Of a stretch of DNA of 52,738 nt, positions 1 to 9,224 are shown one piece after another. The notes under the pieces were generated by a model. It was not told the origin of the DNA and did not search any database. It saw only the letters and a program-made list of their open reading frames with translations. Positions within the stretch are counted from its first letter, which is position 1. The number at the start of each line of letters is the position of its first letter. The translations under genes were made by a program, and so were the position numbers. This DNA is from Patescibacteria group bacterium (GTDB taxonomy: Bacteria; Patescibacteriota; Microgenomatia; UBA10105; UBA927). The stretch covers positions 194,784 through 247,521 of the forward strand of contig JBMOPU010000033.1 in NCBI GenBank assembly GCA_049322955.1, written 5' to 3'.

Positions 1-45
1 GGACTTTCCGACATTGGGACGCCCTACAAGGGCAACGACGCCTGA
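1..45 (+). CDS. 3'-terminal fragment of an upstream CDS (partial, product unknown)
   Basis: Frame 1 is open from the window edge to TGA at 43-45 (GLSDIGTPYKGNDA*). Too short to identify. Confidence 0.2.
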   Translation, partial: GLSDIGTPYKGNDA

Positions 46-87
46 TTTCATTTCCTGCATATTATACTATAAAATGAAGCCCGTAGT

Positions 88-618
88 ATGAAACAGCTCT
101 CTGACGAATTACTGGTACGAGAGGTACAGGAGGGGAACATTTCCGCTTTTGAAACCCTGGTTGCCCGATATCAACGGAAACTCACATCATTTGTGGGCTC
201 CTTATTGCATGATCCCGAATCATCTCAGGATGTCGTACAGGATACGTTTATCCGACTGTATAAGACAATCGAACGCATAGATACCTCAAAGAAATTCTCA
301 TCCTATTTGTATGCAATAACCCGTAACCAGGCAATAAGCTTTTTACGGAATAAGAAAAAACATGCGACGCTTACCGAGGCAAATGAAATTGCGTCAAATG
401 ATTCACCGGAAAGCCTCTATGAACAGGCAAATCTTGCAAAGGATATAGAGACCGCACTGGAAAAGATAGACAATAAGTATCGCAAAGTTATTACTCTTTA
501 CTATTATGATAATTTGTCGTATGAACAAATAGGCAAGTATCTGCATTTGCCGGTCAATACCGTGCGCACACACTTAAAAAGGGCAAAAGCGGCATTGAAA
601 ACACTCTTGAAATCATGA
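88..618 (+). CDS. RNA polymerase ECF-type sigma-70 family factor
   Basis: 176 aa. Region 2-like FETLVARYQRKL...VQDTFIRLY and a region 4 HTH (LSYEQIGKYLHLPVNTVRTHLKRAK), typical of sigma-24/ECF factors. Confidence 0.9.
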   Translation: MKQLSDELLVREVQEGNISAFETLVARYQRKLTSFVGSLLHDPESSQDVVQDTFIRLYKTIERIDTSKKFSSYLYAITRNQAISFLRNKKKHATLTEANEIASNDSPESLYEQANLAKDIETALEKIDNKYRKVITLYYYDNLSYEQIGKYLHLPVNTVRTHLKRAKAALKTLLKS

Positions 619-1016
619 AAAAAACCGATATGACAAAAAAGGTCATGAACGAAGTTGCTTCGTTTGAAGAACGAAGGTCACGATCGTGGTTTATTGCGTT
701 TTGTCTCACGATTTTCGTTCTTTTCGGCAGTATTGTCGGCGCGATTGTTCGTACGTACATGATATTGTCATACCGACGCGCACTTGATGTGCTGGAAATC
801 TTCGGCGAAGATCGGGAGATTTTTCTTGAATATTGGCAGGATGCTCTATTTATCTTTTTTTCTGAATTACCTCGGGGGACGGTATTATTTGCGCTGTGTT
901 TTTTGATACTGCTTGTCGTATATTGGATGCATGCAAAACATCAGATGCGTATTACGGCACGTCGTCTGTCAGAGCTTGCAAAATTGAAGAAAAGTCGTAA
1001 CAATACAAACGAATAA
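615..1016 (+). CDS. putative anti-sigma factor / membrane protein
   Basis: ATGA overlap with the sigma gene. Short N-terminal cytoplasmic segment followed by hydrophobic helices. The call rests on position and topology only. Confidence 0.45.
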   Translation: MKKTDMTKKVMNEVASFEERRSRSWFIAFCLTIFVLFGSIVGAIVRTYMILSYRRALDVLEIFGEDREIFLEYWQDALFIFFSELPRGTVLFALCFLILLVVYWMHAKHQMRITARRLSELAKLKKSRNNTNE

Positions 1017-1027
1017 AAAGGAGGCAT

Positions 1028-1468
1028 ATGAAAAAATATCTCCCGTTACTCATCATTGCTGTCGTTATTTTCGGAGCTATCGTCGGGCTTAAAAAAATAA
1101 GAAATGAGCAAAATGTAAATCCTATTGCCCCGCTTACCACCACGATTATCCCGAACAATCAGGAAGACTCCGTGAATGAATCTCCTGAGCTAACGGGCAC
1201 GGTTAGTCGGGGATCGGCCATTACGCTTGTCGTAACCAGCCCTCAAGATAATTCAACGGTAACCACGGGAAGCTTGGTCGTACGCGGAAAAACGGTGCCG
1301 GGAGCGGAGGTATTCGTCAATGACGCGGAGACTCGGGCAGACACGGGCGGCAACTTCTCGGTGACCATTAGTCTTGATGAGGGGGAAAACTATATCCTTG
1401 TGGTAGCCAATGATCCGCAAGGGAACTATTCCGAAAAGGAAATTACCGTGATCTATGAGACGCAGTGA
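1028..1468 (+). CDS. membrane-anchored protein with bacterial Ig-like beta-sandwich domain
   Basis: GGAGG 6 nt upstream. N-terminal TM/signal anchor. C-terminal GKTVPGAEVFVND...GNFSVTISLDEGENYILVVAND resembles Ig-like/Gmad2-type domains. Confidence 0.55.
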   Translation: MKKYLPLLIIAVVIFGAIVGLKKIRNEQNVNPIAPLTTTIIPNNQEDSVNESPELTGTVSRGSAITLVVTSPQDNSTVTTGSLVVRGKTVPGAEVFVNDAETRADTGGNFSVTISLDEGENYILVVANDPQGNYSEKEITVIYETQ

Positions 1469-1516
1469 AACTTTTTTAAACCGTTTAGCGTATTACATAC
1501 AGAAAGGGAATATTGT

Positions 1517-2272
1517 ATGAACACAAATCAAAAAACAGCCATCCTTGCACTTTTTCTTACGTTTGCTAGCGTTACTCCCAAAGTATTTGCTTCTTCAATT
1601 GCCGAGGCTCGGGAAGAGCGGAAGGAGGCAAGACGCGAATACCGGGAAGAAAAAAAGAATCTTTTTGAACAGTTCAAAGAACGGTTTAGTTCACGAGCCG
1701 CCGAGGTGAGAAACTTTATGAGCGCGCGAGTGAATGTAAGTAACGCAAAAGTAACGGCAAAAACAGATTCCACTCTTACGATTGAGAAAGATGGAAAAAG
1801 TTATACCGTCAATGTTGACAACAAAACGCAGATTCGCCGCAGATTCTGGGGCAAATCGAATCTTTCAGAGTTTAGTGTCGGAAATATCGTGAATGTTATC
1901 GGTATCTGGACGGATGATTCCCATACCACGATTACCGCACGCCTGATACGCAATCTTTCCATCCAAAAGCGATTCGGCGTTTTCTTCGGTGAGGTCAAAT
2001 CGCTTGTCGGGAACGGTTGGGTGATGAGCACCAAGAGTGAAAACAGAGCGGATCAGACAGTTACCGTCACCGAAAGCACAAAGTTTGAAAATCGGAAAGG
2101 GGAAACCATTACCAAAGCAGATGTGGTCGTAGGACACAGGGTGCGTGTTCGGGGGCTTTGGGACAAATCACAAAATACCATTACTGAGGTAACACAAGTA
2201 AAGGATTTTAGCCTGCCGAGTGTTTCTGAAGTTACCGTAACGGCAACCGTCACCGTTACTCCGACCCCCTAA
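1517..2272 (+). CDS. secreted protein with two DUF5666-like repeats
   Basis: Signal peptide (ILALFLTFASVTPKVFASS). Two internally similar beta-rich repeats. Low-complexity TVTATVTVTPTP tail. Confidence 0.55.
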   Translation: MNTNQKTAILALFLTFASVTPKVFASSIAEAREERKEARREYREEKKNLFEQFKERFSSRAAEVRNFMSARVNVSNAKVTAKTDSTLTIEKDGKSYTVNVDNKTQIRRRFWGKSNLSEFSVGNIVNVIGIWTDDSHTTITARLIRNLSIQKRFGVFFGEVKSLVGNGWVMSTKSENRADQTVTVTESTKFENRKGETITKADVVVGHRVRVRGLWDKSQNTITEVTQVKDFSLPSVSEVTVTATVTVTPTP

Positions 2273-2293
2273 GTTAGGATTTCGGATCCCTGT

Positions 2294-2324
2294 ACCCAGC
2301 CCTTCACGAAGGGCTGGGTTTTTG
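2294..2324 (+). terminator. rho-independent terminator
   Basis: ACCCAGCCC-ttcacgaa-GGGCTGGGT followed by TTTTT, 22 nt after the stop at 2272. Confidence 0.65.
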
Positions 2325-2334
2325 GTGTGATAGA

Positions 2335-3162
2335 ATGATGCACATGTCCGCATCAGTGAATGATATCGGGTCATTTCGGCGTATGATTTTTGCGTGGTGG
2401 AAAACACATCGAAGAGATCTGCCGTGGCGACATACACGGGATCCGTATAAAATTCTTGTTTCGGAAGTGATGTTACAACAGACCCAAGTATCGCGGGTTC
2501 TCCCGAAATATGATGAATTTCTTGGCGAATTTCCTACGGTTCATGCGCTTGCAAAGGCAACACCCGCACACGTACTCAGAGCATGGCGGGGGATGGGATA
2601 TAACCGTCGAGCATTGTACCTCAAAAAAACGGCGGAAGCCGTTGTCTCCGAATATCACGGGATATTTCCGGATAGCGAGTCACAACTCATGAAACTGCCG
2701 GGATTGGGTAAATATACAGCTCGAGCAATTATGGTATTCGCTTTTGAAAAGGATGTCGGGATGGTGGATACCAATATACGACATATTATTACTCACTTTC
2801 TTTATAAAGGGTTGCCGCAGAAGGAAAAAATTATTGAAGCTACCGCGGATCAAATTGTGCCGAAGGGAAAATCCTGGGAATGGCATCAGGCGCTTATGGA
2901 TTACGGCGCTCTTGCCATGCAAAGCGAAAAGAAATCCATGAAACTTGTCAAAAAACAGACTTCATTTAAGGATTCTAACCGTTTTTATCGGGGAAGAATC
3001 GTTGACATGTTACGCTCGGGTAAGACGGGGAGAACACATCTTCTTCTGGATCTTACAAAAAAATACGGGAAGGATAAAAAATTTATCGAAGGGATTATCT
3101 CCGGACTTATCCGTGACGGGCTCGTTGTCGTGCAAGGCACGTCACTTTCTCTTCCGACGTAA
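2335..3162 (+). CDS. HhH-GPD adenine DNA glycosylase (MutY-like), cysteine-free
   Basis: RDLPWR...DPYKILVSEVMLQQTQV, LPGLGKYTARAI (HhH) and VDTNIRHI (catalytic Asp) match the MutY/Nth family. No Fe-S Cys motif and no NUDIX-like C-terminal domain. Confidence 0.8.
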   Translation: MMHMSASVNDIGSFRRMIFAWWKTHRRDLPWRHTRDPYKILVSEVMLQQTQVSRVLPKYDEFLGEFPTVHALAKATPAHVLRAWRGMGYNRRALYLKKTAEAVVSEYHGIFPDSESQLMKLPGLGKYTARAIMVFAFEKDVGMVDTNIRHIITHFLYKGLPQKEKIIEATADQIVPKGKSWEWHQALMDYGALAMQSEKKSMKLVKKQTSFKDSNRFYRGRIVDMLRSGKTGRTHLLLDLTKKYGKDKKFIEGIISGLIRDGLVVVQGTSLSLPT

Positions 3163-3165
3163 TGA

Positions 3166-3495
3166 CTATCTGTTATCTCCTTCTCCGGAAAGTACTCCCC
3201 GCTCTTTTCTGTCCGTAACCTTTGCGGTATTTTGCACCGCAACTTCCTCAAGGCTCACCCCGAGTTCCGTAGCGCAGGCGGTGAGATACCAGAGTACATC
3301 GCCCAGTTCTTTGATCATTTCCTTACGTTTGTCGTCCGTCAGTATTCCGTGTGAGTCCCTGATAAGTTTTTTTACTTTATCGGCCACCTCACCAGCCTCA
3401 CCGGCAAGTCCCAAGGTGGCATAGGCAACATTATTTCCCTGCGAAGGATAAATAGAGGTTTTTTTTACCACATTTTGATAATCATCAAAGTTCAT
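3166..3495 (-). CDS. MazG-like nucleotide pyrophosphohydrolase
   Basis: 109 aa. LGLAGEAGEVADKVKK...ELGDVLWYL is the all-alpha NTP-PPase (MazG) signature. Confidence 0.8.
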   Translation of the reverse strand: MNFDDYQNVVKKTSIYPSQGNNVAYATLGLAGEAGEVADKVKKLIRDSHGILTDDKRKEMIKELGDVLWYLTACATELGVSLEEVAVQNTAKVTDRKERGVLSGEGDNR

Positions 3496-3534
3496 ACGTT
3501 ACTTTTGATAGTTTTTGCCGTCAATGAGTTCCGA

Positions 3535-4362
3535 TTAACTGTTCAGTATGTATAAGTCCTGGCCGTACGTATTGATACCGACGTGTGTTGCTTTGCCCAC
3601 CAATACCGCTTCATACGGCCTACACGCACGACACCCGTCTTCACGACATTTGAAGTGTCCGAGTTTCCGAGCCAGCGCCACTTTTTTAGCGAGTTCCATC
3701 ACTCGTTTTTCGGCGGCTTCTACGTCGGGAAGAGGCATATCCGTGGGAGTGTCATCACGATCCAGATACCAATAGCTGATTGCGCTGATCGGTTTGGTTT
3801 GGGTATGACTGGTCAGGAGATAGTATATGGGAAGTTGCAGGGAATCGGGATCCTCATCAAATTTGCCGGTTTTAAAATCGATAATTCTTACGCTATCCGT
3901 ATCTTCCCGATATTCGAGCCAGTCAACCTTGCCGCATAAAATAATATTATCCTCCTCCGAAAGCCAATAATAGGGGAGTTCCTGGCGGATCTTGATGGCT
4001 TTATTGGCGAGCGGACCCGGATGTGCGGATACTCTCGCGATCATCTCCCTGGCGCGTGATTTAAACTTTTCTTCCTGATCATTGTCGGTAAATCCGCCCT
4101 TGATCCCTGTGACATTTTGCCATAACAATTCAAAGGTTTCGTGTAACGGCTTTTGAAACCGTAACTCAGAGGGAAGTTTCGAAAGAGAATCGATCGTGTC
4201 ATGGACAACTTGTCCGAGCGCGAGCGGCGGTTCCATAACTGAAATTTTGCGATTCGTTTTTGGATCACGATAGACGTTCCGTAAGTAGTATGCACGCGGA
4301 CATTTGAGATAGTCGCTGATCGACGAATGGGAAACCCACACCGCTGAATATTTATCCTTCAT
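3535..4362 (-). CDS. PD-(D/E)XK nuclease family protein (Cas4/RecB-like, 4-Cys)
   Basis: N-terminal YLKCPRAYYL, core D...IIDFKTGK, and C-terminal CREDGCRACRPYE as in Cas4/AddB-type Fe-S nucleases. No CRISPR context. Confidence 0.75.
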   Translation of the reverse strand: MKDKYSAVWVSHSSISDYLKCPRAYYLRNVYRDPKTNRKISVMEPPLALGQVVHDTIDSLSKLPSELRFQKPLHETFELLWQNVTGIKGGFTDNDQEEKFKSRAREMIARVSAHPGPLANKAIKIRQELPYYWLSEEDNIILCGKVDWLEYREDTDSVRIIDFKTGKFDEDPDSLQLPIYYLLTSHTQTKPISAISYWYLDRDDTPTDMPLPDVEAAEKRVMELAKKVALARKLGHFKCREDGCRACRPYEAVLVGKATHVGINTYGQDLYILNS

Positions 4363-4364
4363 AG

Positions 4365-5207
4365 TTAACGGATCAGAAAAATGCCGATCGTGGTGAGTAT
4401 AGCACCAACAATTTTTTTGCCAATATGGGATCGTTCTTTGAGGAATATAGCACTCAGAATGACGGTCAAAATTATGGATACCCGTCCGACGGCGCTCAGC
4501 TGAGACACATATGCTCCCAGTTGCATGGGGATGTAAAACATAAGGGCGGCGAACGTATACAATACGCTATATACGATAAGGTTTACATCGACTGATTTTA
4601 TTGCGGTCGGGAGCTTTGCTGTCGTCCTGGGGAATACAATAAGCAAGAGTACCCCGATGCAAAACGATCCGACGGGGAGATAGGAAATCGCATCGTAGGA
4701 TTTGAGGATAACGGCATCAAAAATAACCGCAGAACCGAAACACGCCGCACCGAGTATTGCTTGCCACGCTCCCGTATGAAGGCGCAGTTTGTGTCTGGAA
4801 AAATTAATGATAACCACGGCTAAAAGTATGAGGATTACGCCGATCAGCTGTGTGCCGTTAAGTCGCTCATGGAGGAAAAAATACGAGAGGATGACGGTTA
4901 CGAGTGTCCCCATACTGCCTAAAATACTTATATCGGAAGCCTCGGTCGTTTTGGCGGATCGAAAGAAAAATATACTGCCGAATCCGTAGAGTACCGCGAT
5001 TGCGGCCATGGGAACCGCCACTTCTTTTGGCGGCAGGTGAAAGCCGAAAACAAGTGCCACGATAAAACTGGTAAGACTCAAAAGGAATTCGAAAATAATC
5101 GCCGATGAGACGGGATCGCTGTCGTTCTTCTTCATCGCCAGCCGTTGAAATATTGCGGCGATAGAAAAGCCTATGACATTCAGTGCGCCGAAGAAAAGCC
5201 AATGCAT
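4365..5207 (-). CDS. EamA/DMT family transporter
   Basis: 280 aa with about 10 hydrophobic helices in two EamA-like halves. Confidence 0.8.
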   Translation of the reverse strand: MHWLFFGALNVIGFSIAAIFQRLAMKKNDSDPVSSAIIFEFLLSLTSFIVALVFGFHLPPKEVAVPMAAIAVLYGFGSIFFFRSAKTTEASDISILGSMGTLVTVILSYFFLHERLNGTQLIGVILILLAVVIINFSRHKLRLHTGAWQAILGAACFGSAVIFDAVILKSYDAISYLPVGSFCIGVLLLIVFPRTTAKLPTAIKSVDVNLIVYSVLYTFAALMFYIPMQLGAYVSQLSAVGRVSIILTVILSAIFLKERSHIGKKIVGAILTTIGIFLIR

Positions 5208-5259
5208 CCGTTCATTATACGATTTTTCTTCTGTTGCAACAGAGGAGGAAACAGCGGTG

Positions 5260-6132
5260 TCACGGGGTATTTGCTGATGCGGGAAGACCGAAATGATCGA
5301 AAATCGTCAATATACCGTTGGTATCCACATGTCCGCCGATAAATCCGGCTTCATTTTTGGCACGCACCAATTCTTTCAATGGTTCCAGACCGTTATCGAG
5401 CGTTGCCGCATACCCGCACAGTTCCATAAACTTCCAGTCGCTCGTGCTATCTCCCACTCCCAGTACTTCTTTGGGGTTTAATCCGAGGTGGGTAAAAACG
5501 GTAAGCGCGGCACCTCGTTTGGATATTCCTTTTTGCGCAATTCCGCAGAACTGATGCGGCATCGCGATAGGATGGAGACTCCAGGTAATTTCAACGACAT
5601 CTTTGAAAGGAAGAAGCGTTTTTTCTACGGTAGGCATGCCCGACTCATCCGGAACCACGGGCATTATTTTGTAAATATCCTGGGTGTTCACAACGGAATC
5701 AAACGAATCGACAAATACCGGAGGTTTTTGCAGAATATGAGTGTGTACGCGCGTGAGATCATTCTCCTGATTTTTCAGTACGTAATAATTATCAAGCGAA
5801 TACACCTCCGTGTAAAAGTTATGTTTCATACACGCGGAAACTATTTCTTTTGCCGTTGATCTTTCGAGCGGATGGGTTTCGACAATACGATCCTTTACCG
5901 GATCAATGATGACTCCTCCCGCGTAAGTGATATGCGGATTGGATAGACCCGCATCCGTAATGATCGGGAGTATCGAGTAATGCGGCTTTGCGGTGCAAAG
6001 GATGACGGGAATGCCATGGGTAACGATTGCCCGCATGCGGTTTGAAACATCAGCATGAGGATACGGCGAATTGAATCCGATTTTTTCTCCGACAATGACG
6101 CCGTCGATGTCGAGTATAAGCCCCGTAATCAT
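5260..6132 (-). CDS. Cof-type HAD-IIB family hydrolase
   Basis: Start moved to the ATG at 6132 (MITGLILDIDGVIVGE, which carries the DxD motif). C-terminal GVGDSTSDWKFM motif. Confidence 0.75.
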   Translation of the reverse strand: MITGLILDIDGVIVGEKIGFNSPYPHADVSNRMRAIVTHGIPVILCTAKPHYSILPIITDAGLSNPHITYAGGVIIDPVKDRIVETHPLERSTAKEIVSACMKHNFYTEVYSLDNYYVLKNQENDLTRVHTHILQKPPVFVDSFDSVVNTQDIYKIMPVVPDESGMPTVEKTLLPFKDVVEITWSLHPIAMPHQFCGIAQKGISKRGAALTVFTHLGLNPKEVLGVGDSTSDWKFMELCGYAATLDNGLEPLKELVRAKNEAGFIGGHVDTNGILTIFDHFGLPASANTP

Positions 6133-6228
6133 GCAACAATTATAGCAGAACCGAAGCCACAAAAGATCGGTATTTTCAAAGTGAACGAATAGTTGTATAG
6201 TACGCATACTGCCCCAAAATAATCTTCA

Positions 6229-6936
6229 ATGAAAGAAATAAATTCCCGTCAGGAATCGAGAGAGAGACTTACAGAACGTCCGTTTCATGTCACCATCGTA
6301 GGACCCGCTTGCTCGGGCAAGTCTACGTTACTGGGTACGTTACAGGATCACGGGTATAGCGTACATACCGAACCCGAAAATCCCGTTTTCCCGTTATTTG
6401 TCGAGAATCCCAAAAAATTCGCTTTTGAAAATCAGTTGCATAAAACAATACAGCTTATGCAATTGGAAATTCTTGATACCAAAGCCGAAGGACTTACCAA
6501 CCCGCATTTCCGTGAGAGCGGCGTTTTGGCTACCGAAGTGTATAACCGATATCTGCACGATCAGGGATTGTTATCCGACGATCAATACGGATATCTCCAT
6601 TGGTTACATGAACATCATATGGTAACGTTTCCGAATCCTGATTTGGTTATCTATCTTCATGCGCCTGATGCGGAAATCAGAAAGCGGATGATGAAACGCG
6701 ACGGATTTGTCGCCCATGACCCGGTAGAACTCCAACCGTATTGGGACCGCCTGTTGGTGGACCTGGAAGACAGAGGAGTACCGGTATATCGCATAAATAC
6801 CGGCGATCATCCCGTTGGGGTCACGGAAGAGTTGATTATGAGCCAGGTCGAACGGTTGAAAGAGAGTCAAAACAGCAAGCGAACCAAGCCCGCAACCTTG
6901 CGGTTCCCGAGTCTCGGGCAACATGCCTCACGATAA
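6229..6936 (+). CDS. deoxynucleoside kinase family protein
   Basis: P-loop VGPACSGKSTL followed by EPENPVFPLFVENP...FENQL, typical of the dAK/dCK/dGK family. Confidence 0.75.
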   Translation: MKEINSRQESRERLTERPFHVTIVGPACSGKSTLLGTLQDHGYSVHTEPENPVFPLFVENPKKFAFENQLHKTIQLMQLEILDTKAEGLTNPHFRESGVLATEVYNRYLHDQGLLSDDQYGYLHWLHEHHMVTFPNPDLVIYLHAPDAEIRKRMMKRDGFVAHDPVELQPYWDRLLVDLEDRGVPVYRINTGDHPVGVTEELIMSQVERLKESQNSKRTKPATLRFPSLGQHASR

Positions 6937-6943
6937 CCGTTTG

Positions 6944-8116
6944 TTAGCGTAATGCTTTTTTCCGCAATGCCTCGTGTTGAAATACCCGGTGATAAAAAAT
7001 GAGCGGTAGGAGGAGTAAAAGATGTGCGATAATCATCGCAATGCGGGGCGTTATCCTATCGGCGACGGCGCCGAGAAGAAGCGCAAACATGCCGAATACG
7101 ATACTTCCGCCGAAGGATGCAAGGGAACTCATGGTAGCCCGTTGTGACTCGCTAAACTCCTTCTGCATAAGAGAATTCATCGCAACAGTTCCCGCCCCGT
7201 AGCTAAGTGAGGTCGTGGACATAAGCGCGGGCGAAAGCACGGTCGGGAAGATGAGCGCCGTGAGATTGACGAGTCGGTTAAAAAGAATTTCAACGTTTAA
7301 CACGCGGAGCGGGGTAAATCGATCAATAACTTTGCCGCTCAAATGAAAACTGAAGGCGCCGCCGATATGGGACAATGAGTACGAAATTCCCACCGCCCAG
7401 AGCGGCCAGAGCGAATGAATAAACGCGGAACGCAAAAAGAAGGTAGACTCTCCTATGCCGAACCGAAGCATGCTTGCGATCGTAAGCATGCGGAGTCGAT
7501 AGTTATGCCGAAACTGATGTAAAGACGATGAAAGATGGGTAAAAACGTTTGTCGACTGTTTTCCCCGATGCGGCGGTTCCGCAAATTGTAGTGCGATAAT
7601 GAACGCGGCAATTTGCGGGATCACTGATGCCCACATAACAAGCGGAAACGAACGGGCGGCAAGAAGTCCGCCGATAAACGTTGCCGCCGCCAAGGCAATT
7701 TGGAACATGCCGCTCGTTTTGCCGAGATACGTGTGATATTCCTTTTCTTTTCCTGAGGCGGAAAGCGTGTCATGGAGGAGCGCATCGTTGTTGCCGCTAT
7801 AGAACGCACGCGATACTCCTTGAAACAATGCGCCGATTACCAGCATGCCGTACGACGTTGCCGCCGCGTAACACATAATGCAAAGCACCGAAAAAAACGC
7901 GCCGAACACCGCGGTTTTCTTTCTTCCCACAAAGTCGGAAACAATTCCCGTCGGTACTTCAAAGATGGCGGAGAAAAGATAAGCAAGAGAGAAAATACTC
8001 ATGCCGAGGGTAAAACTCCCCGATACATTTGCAAAATAGATCACGGCTACCGGCGCAAACAGGACAAAGTCCGTACAAAAATTAAACCATGAGAGGAGTC
8101 GTATATTCCGATGCAT
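6944..8116 (-). CDS. MFS transporter
   Basis: 390 aa, 12 predicted helices, DFVGRKK loop motif. Confidence 0.8.
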   Translation of the reverse strand: MHRNIRLLSWFNFCTDFVLFAPVAVIYFANVSGSFTLGMSIFSLAYLFSAIFEVPTGIVSDFVGRKKTAVFGAFFSVLCIMCYAAATSYGMLVIGALFQGVSRAFYSGNNDALLHDTLSASGKEKEYHTYLGKTSGMFQIALAAATFIGGLLAARSFPLVMWASVIPQIAAFIIALQFAEPPHRGKQSTNVFTHLSSSLHQFRHNYRLRMLTIASMLRFGIGESTFFLRSAFIHSLWPLWAVGISYSLSHIGGAFSFHLSGKVIDRFTPLRVLNVEILFNRLVNLTALIFPTVLSPALMSTTSLSYGAGTVAMNSLMQKEFSESQRATMSSLASFGGSIVFGMFALLLGAVADRITPRIAMIIAHLLLLLPLIFYHRVFQHEALRKKALR

Positions 8117-8214
8117 ATATGTGCGTATTATAGCGGATTAATAGGGTATCGCAGGATCGGATGAGGATGCCAAGGTATATAATACAAACGGATGTACCGA
8201 TACCATACCGCTAA

Positions 8215-8670
8215 GAAAGATTTTGTCGACGTCAGACATCATTCCGATGTCTGACTTGTCGTGCCATCGTTTCTTCAACTTCTTTAGGAACCAAGAATAG
8301 AAATCACTGTCCGTTCTGTCTTTGGTCACGTCATTTGGATGAACATACTCCCGGGGATCGGAAAGCAACATGCGGGTCACGGATGAAACCGATAGGACTA
8401 ACCTTTAGGCCGTCTCGAGTAAATCTCTATACCGGAAGGATAAACGGGGATCTCTTGATTGTTCACGAATGCGTTTTCTGCCATAAAATATCCTGCAATA
8501 GGATCGCAGGCGATGATGACGTCTATGCCATTCTCGACCTATTTGAGGCGCCGACTTGTATCAGCAACACTACGCAAACCATGCTATCTCGGCTTAAGAT
8601 ATCGATGCTTACCCGACAAGATGCGGACGAAGTGAAAACCGCACTCTTTGGGAGAGGGAAGATGCCGTGA
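8215..8670 (+). CDS. RNHCP domain protein; no canonical start codon found (possible pseudogene or sequence error)
   Basis: The frame of ORF 8335-8670 is open back to 8215 and encodes FRCLTCRAIVSSTSLGTKNRNHCPFCLWSRHLD...PGDR...C. This conserved zinc-knuckle lies upstream of the first ATG. Confidence 0.6.
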   Translation, partial: ERFCRRQTSFRCLTCRAIVSSTSLGTKNRNHCPFCLWSRHLDEHTPGDRKATCGSRMKPIGLTFRPSRVNLYTGRINGDLLIVHECVFCHKISCNRIAGDDDVYAILDLFEAPTCISNTTQTMLSRLKISMLTRQDADEVKTALFGRGKMP

Positions 8671-8675
8671 TATAG

Positions 8676-9218
8676 TTGATCCATATGCGATATGTGGCTC
8701 TTCTTCGCGGAATAAATGTCGGGGGAAACAATAAAATTAAAATGGCTGACTTAACGCATGCGGTGGAACATGCGGGTTATACCAACGTCACAACATTTAT
8801 CCAGAGCGGTAACGTCATATTTGATTCAGAGATGAGTGATCGTGAGAAAATCGCCAAAGATATCGAACGGGTTATTCTGGATGCGTTCAAACTCGTCATA
8901 CGGGTGGTGATTCGCTCGCTCCCCGAGATGCAAAGAATTGTTGCGAACATGCCTTCGTCGTGGGCAAAAGAGGATCTTCGTAAATATGTTGCGTTCATCA
9001 AAGAACCGATGACCGCCGCCGCCGCCGCAAAGGAAATTCCCGTACGTGAGGGCATCGATATCCTCGATGTGGGTGACGGCGTACTTTATATGGCAACAAA
9101 AACGGAAGGACTCACCAAAAGCGGATACACCAAAATCGTCGGAACGAAAATATATAACGACATGACAATGCGAAACAGTACTACGACCCTAAAAATACTG
9201 TCGCTTATGCGGCAATAA
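8676..9218 (+). CDS. DUF1697 domain protein
   Basis: RYVALLRGINVGGNNKIKMADL is the hallmark N-terminus of the family. The start may be the ATG at 8685. Confidence 0.75.
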   Translation: MIHMRYVALLRGINVGGNNKIKMADLTHAVEHAGYTNVTTFIQSGNVIFDSEMSDREKIAKDIERVILDAFKLVIRVVIRSLPEMQRIVANMPSSWAKEDLRKYVAFIKEPMTAAAAAKEIPVREGIDILDVGDGVLYMATKTEGLTKSGYTKIVGTKIYNDMTMRNSTTTLKILSLMRQ

Positions 9219-9224
9219 TATGCT

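Noticed and set aside
8138-8380. An 80-aa minus-strand ORF overlaps the 5' part of the RNHCP gene.
   Set aside because: The plus-strand frame encodes the conserved RNHCP zinc-knuckle over the same bases. The minus-strand ORF has no recognisable features and partly translates the palindrome.
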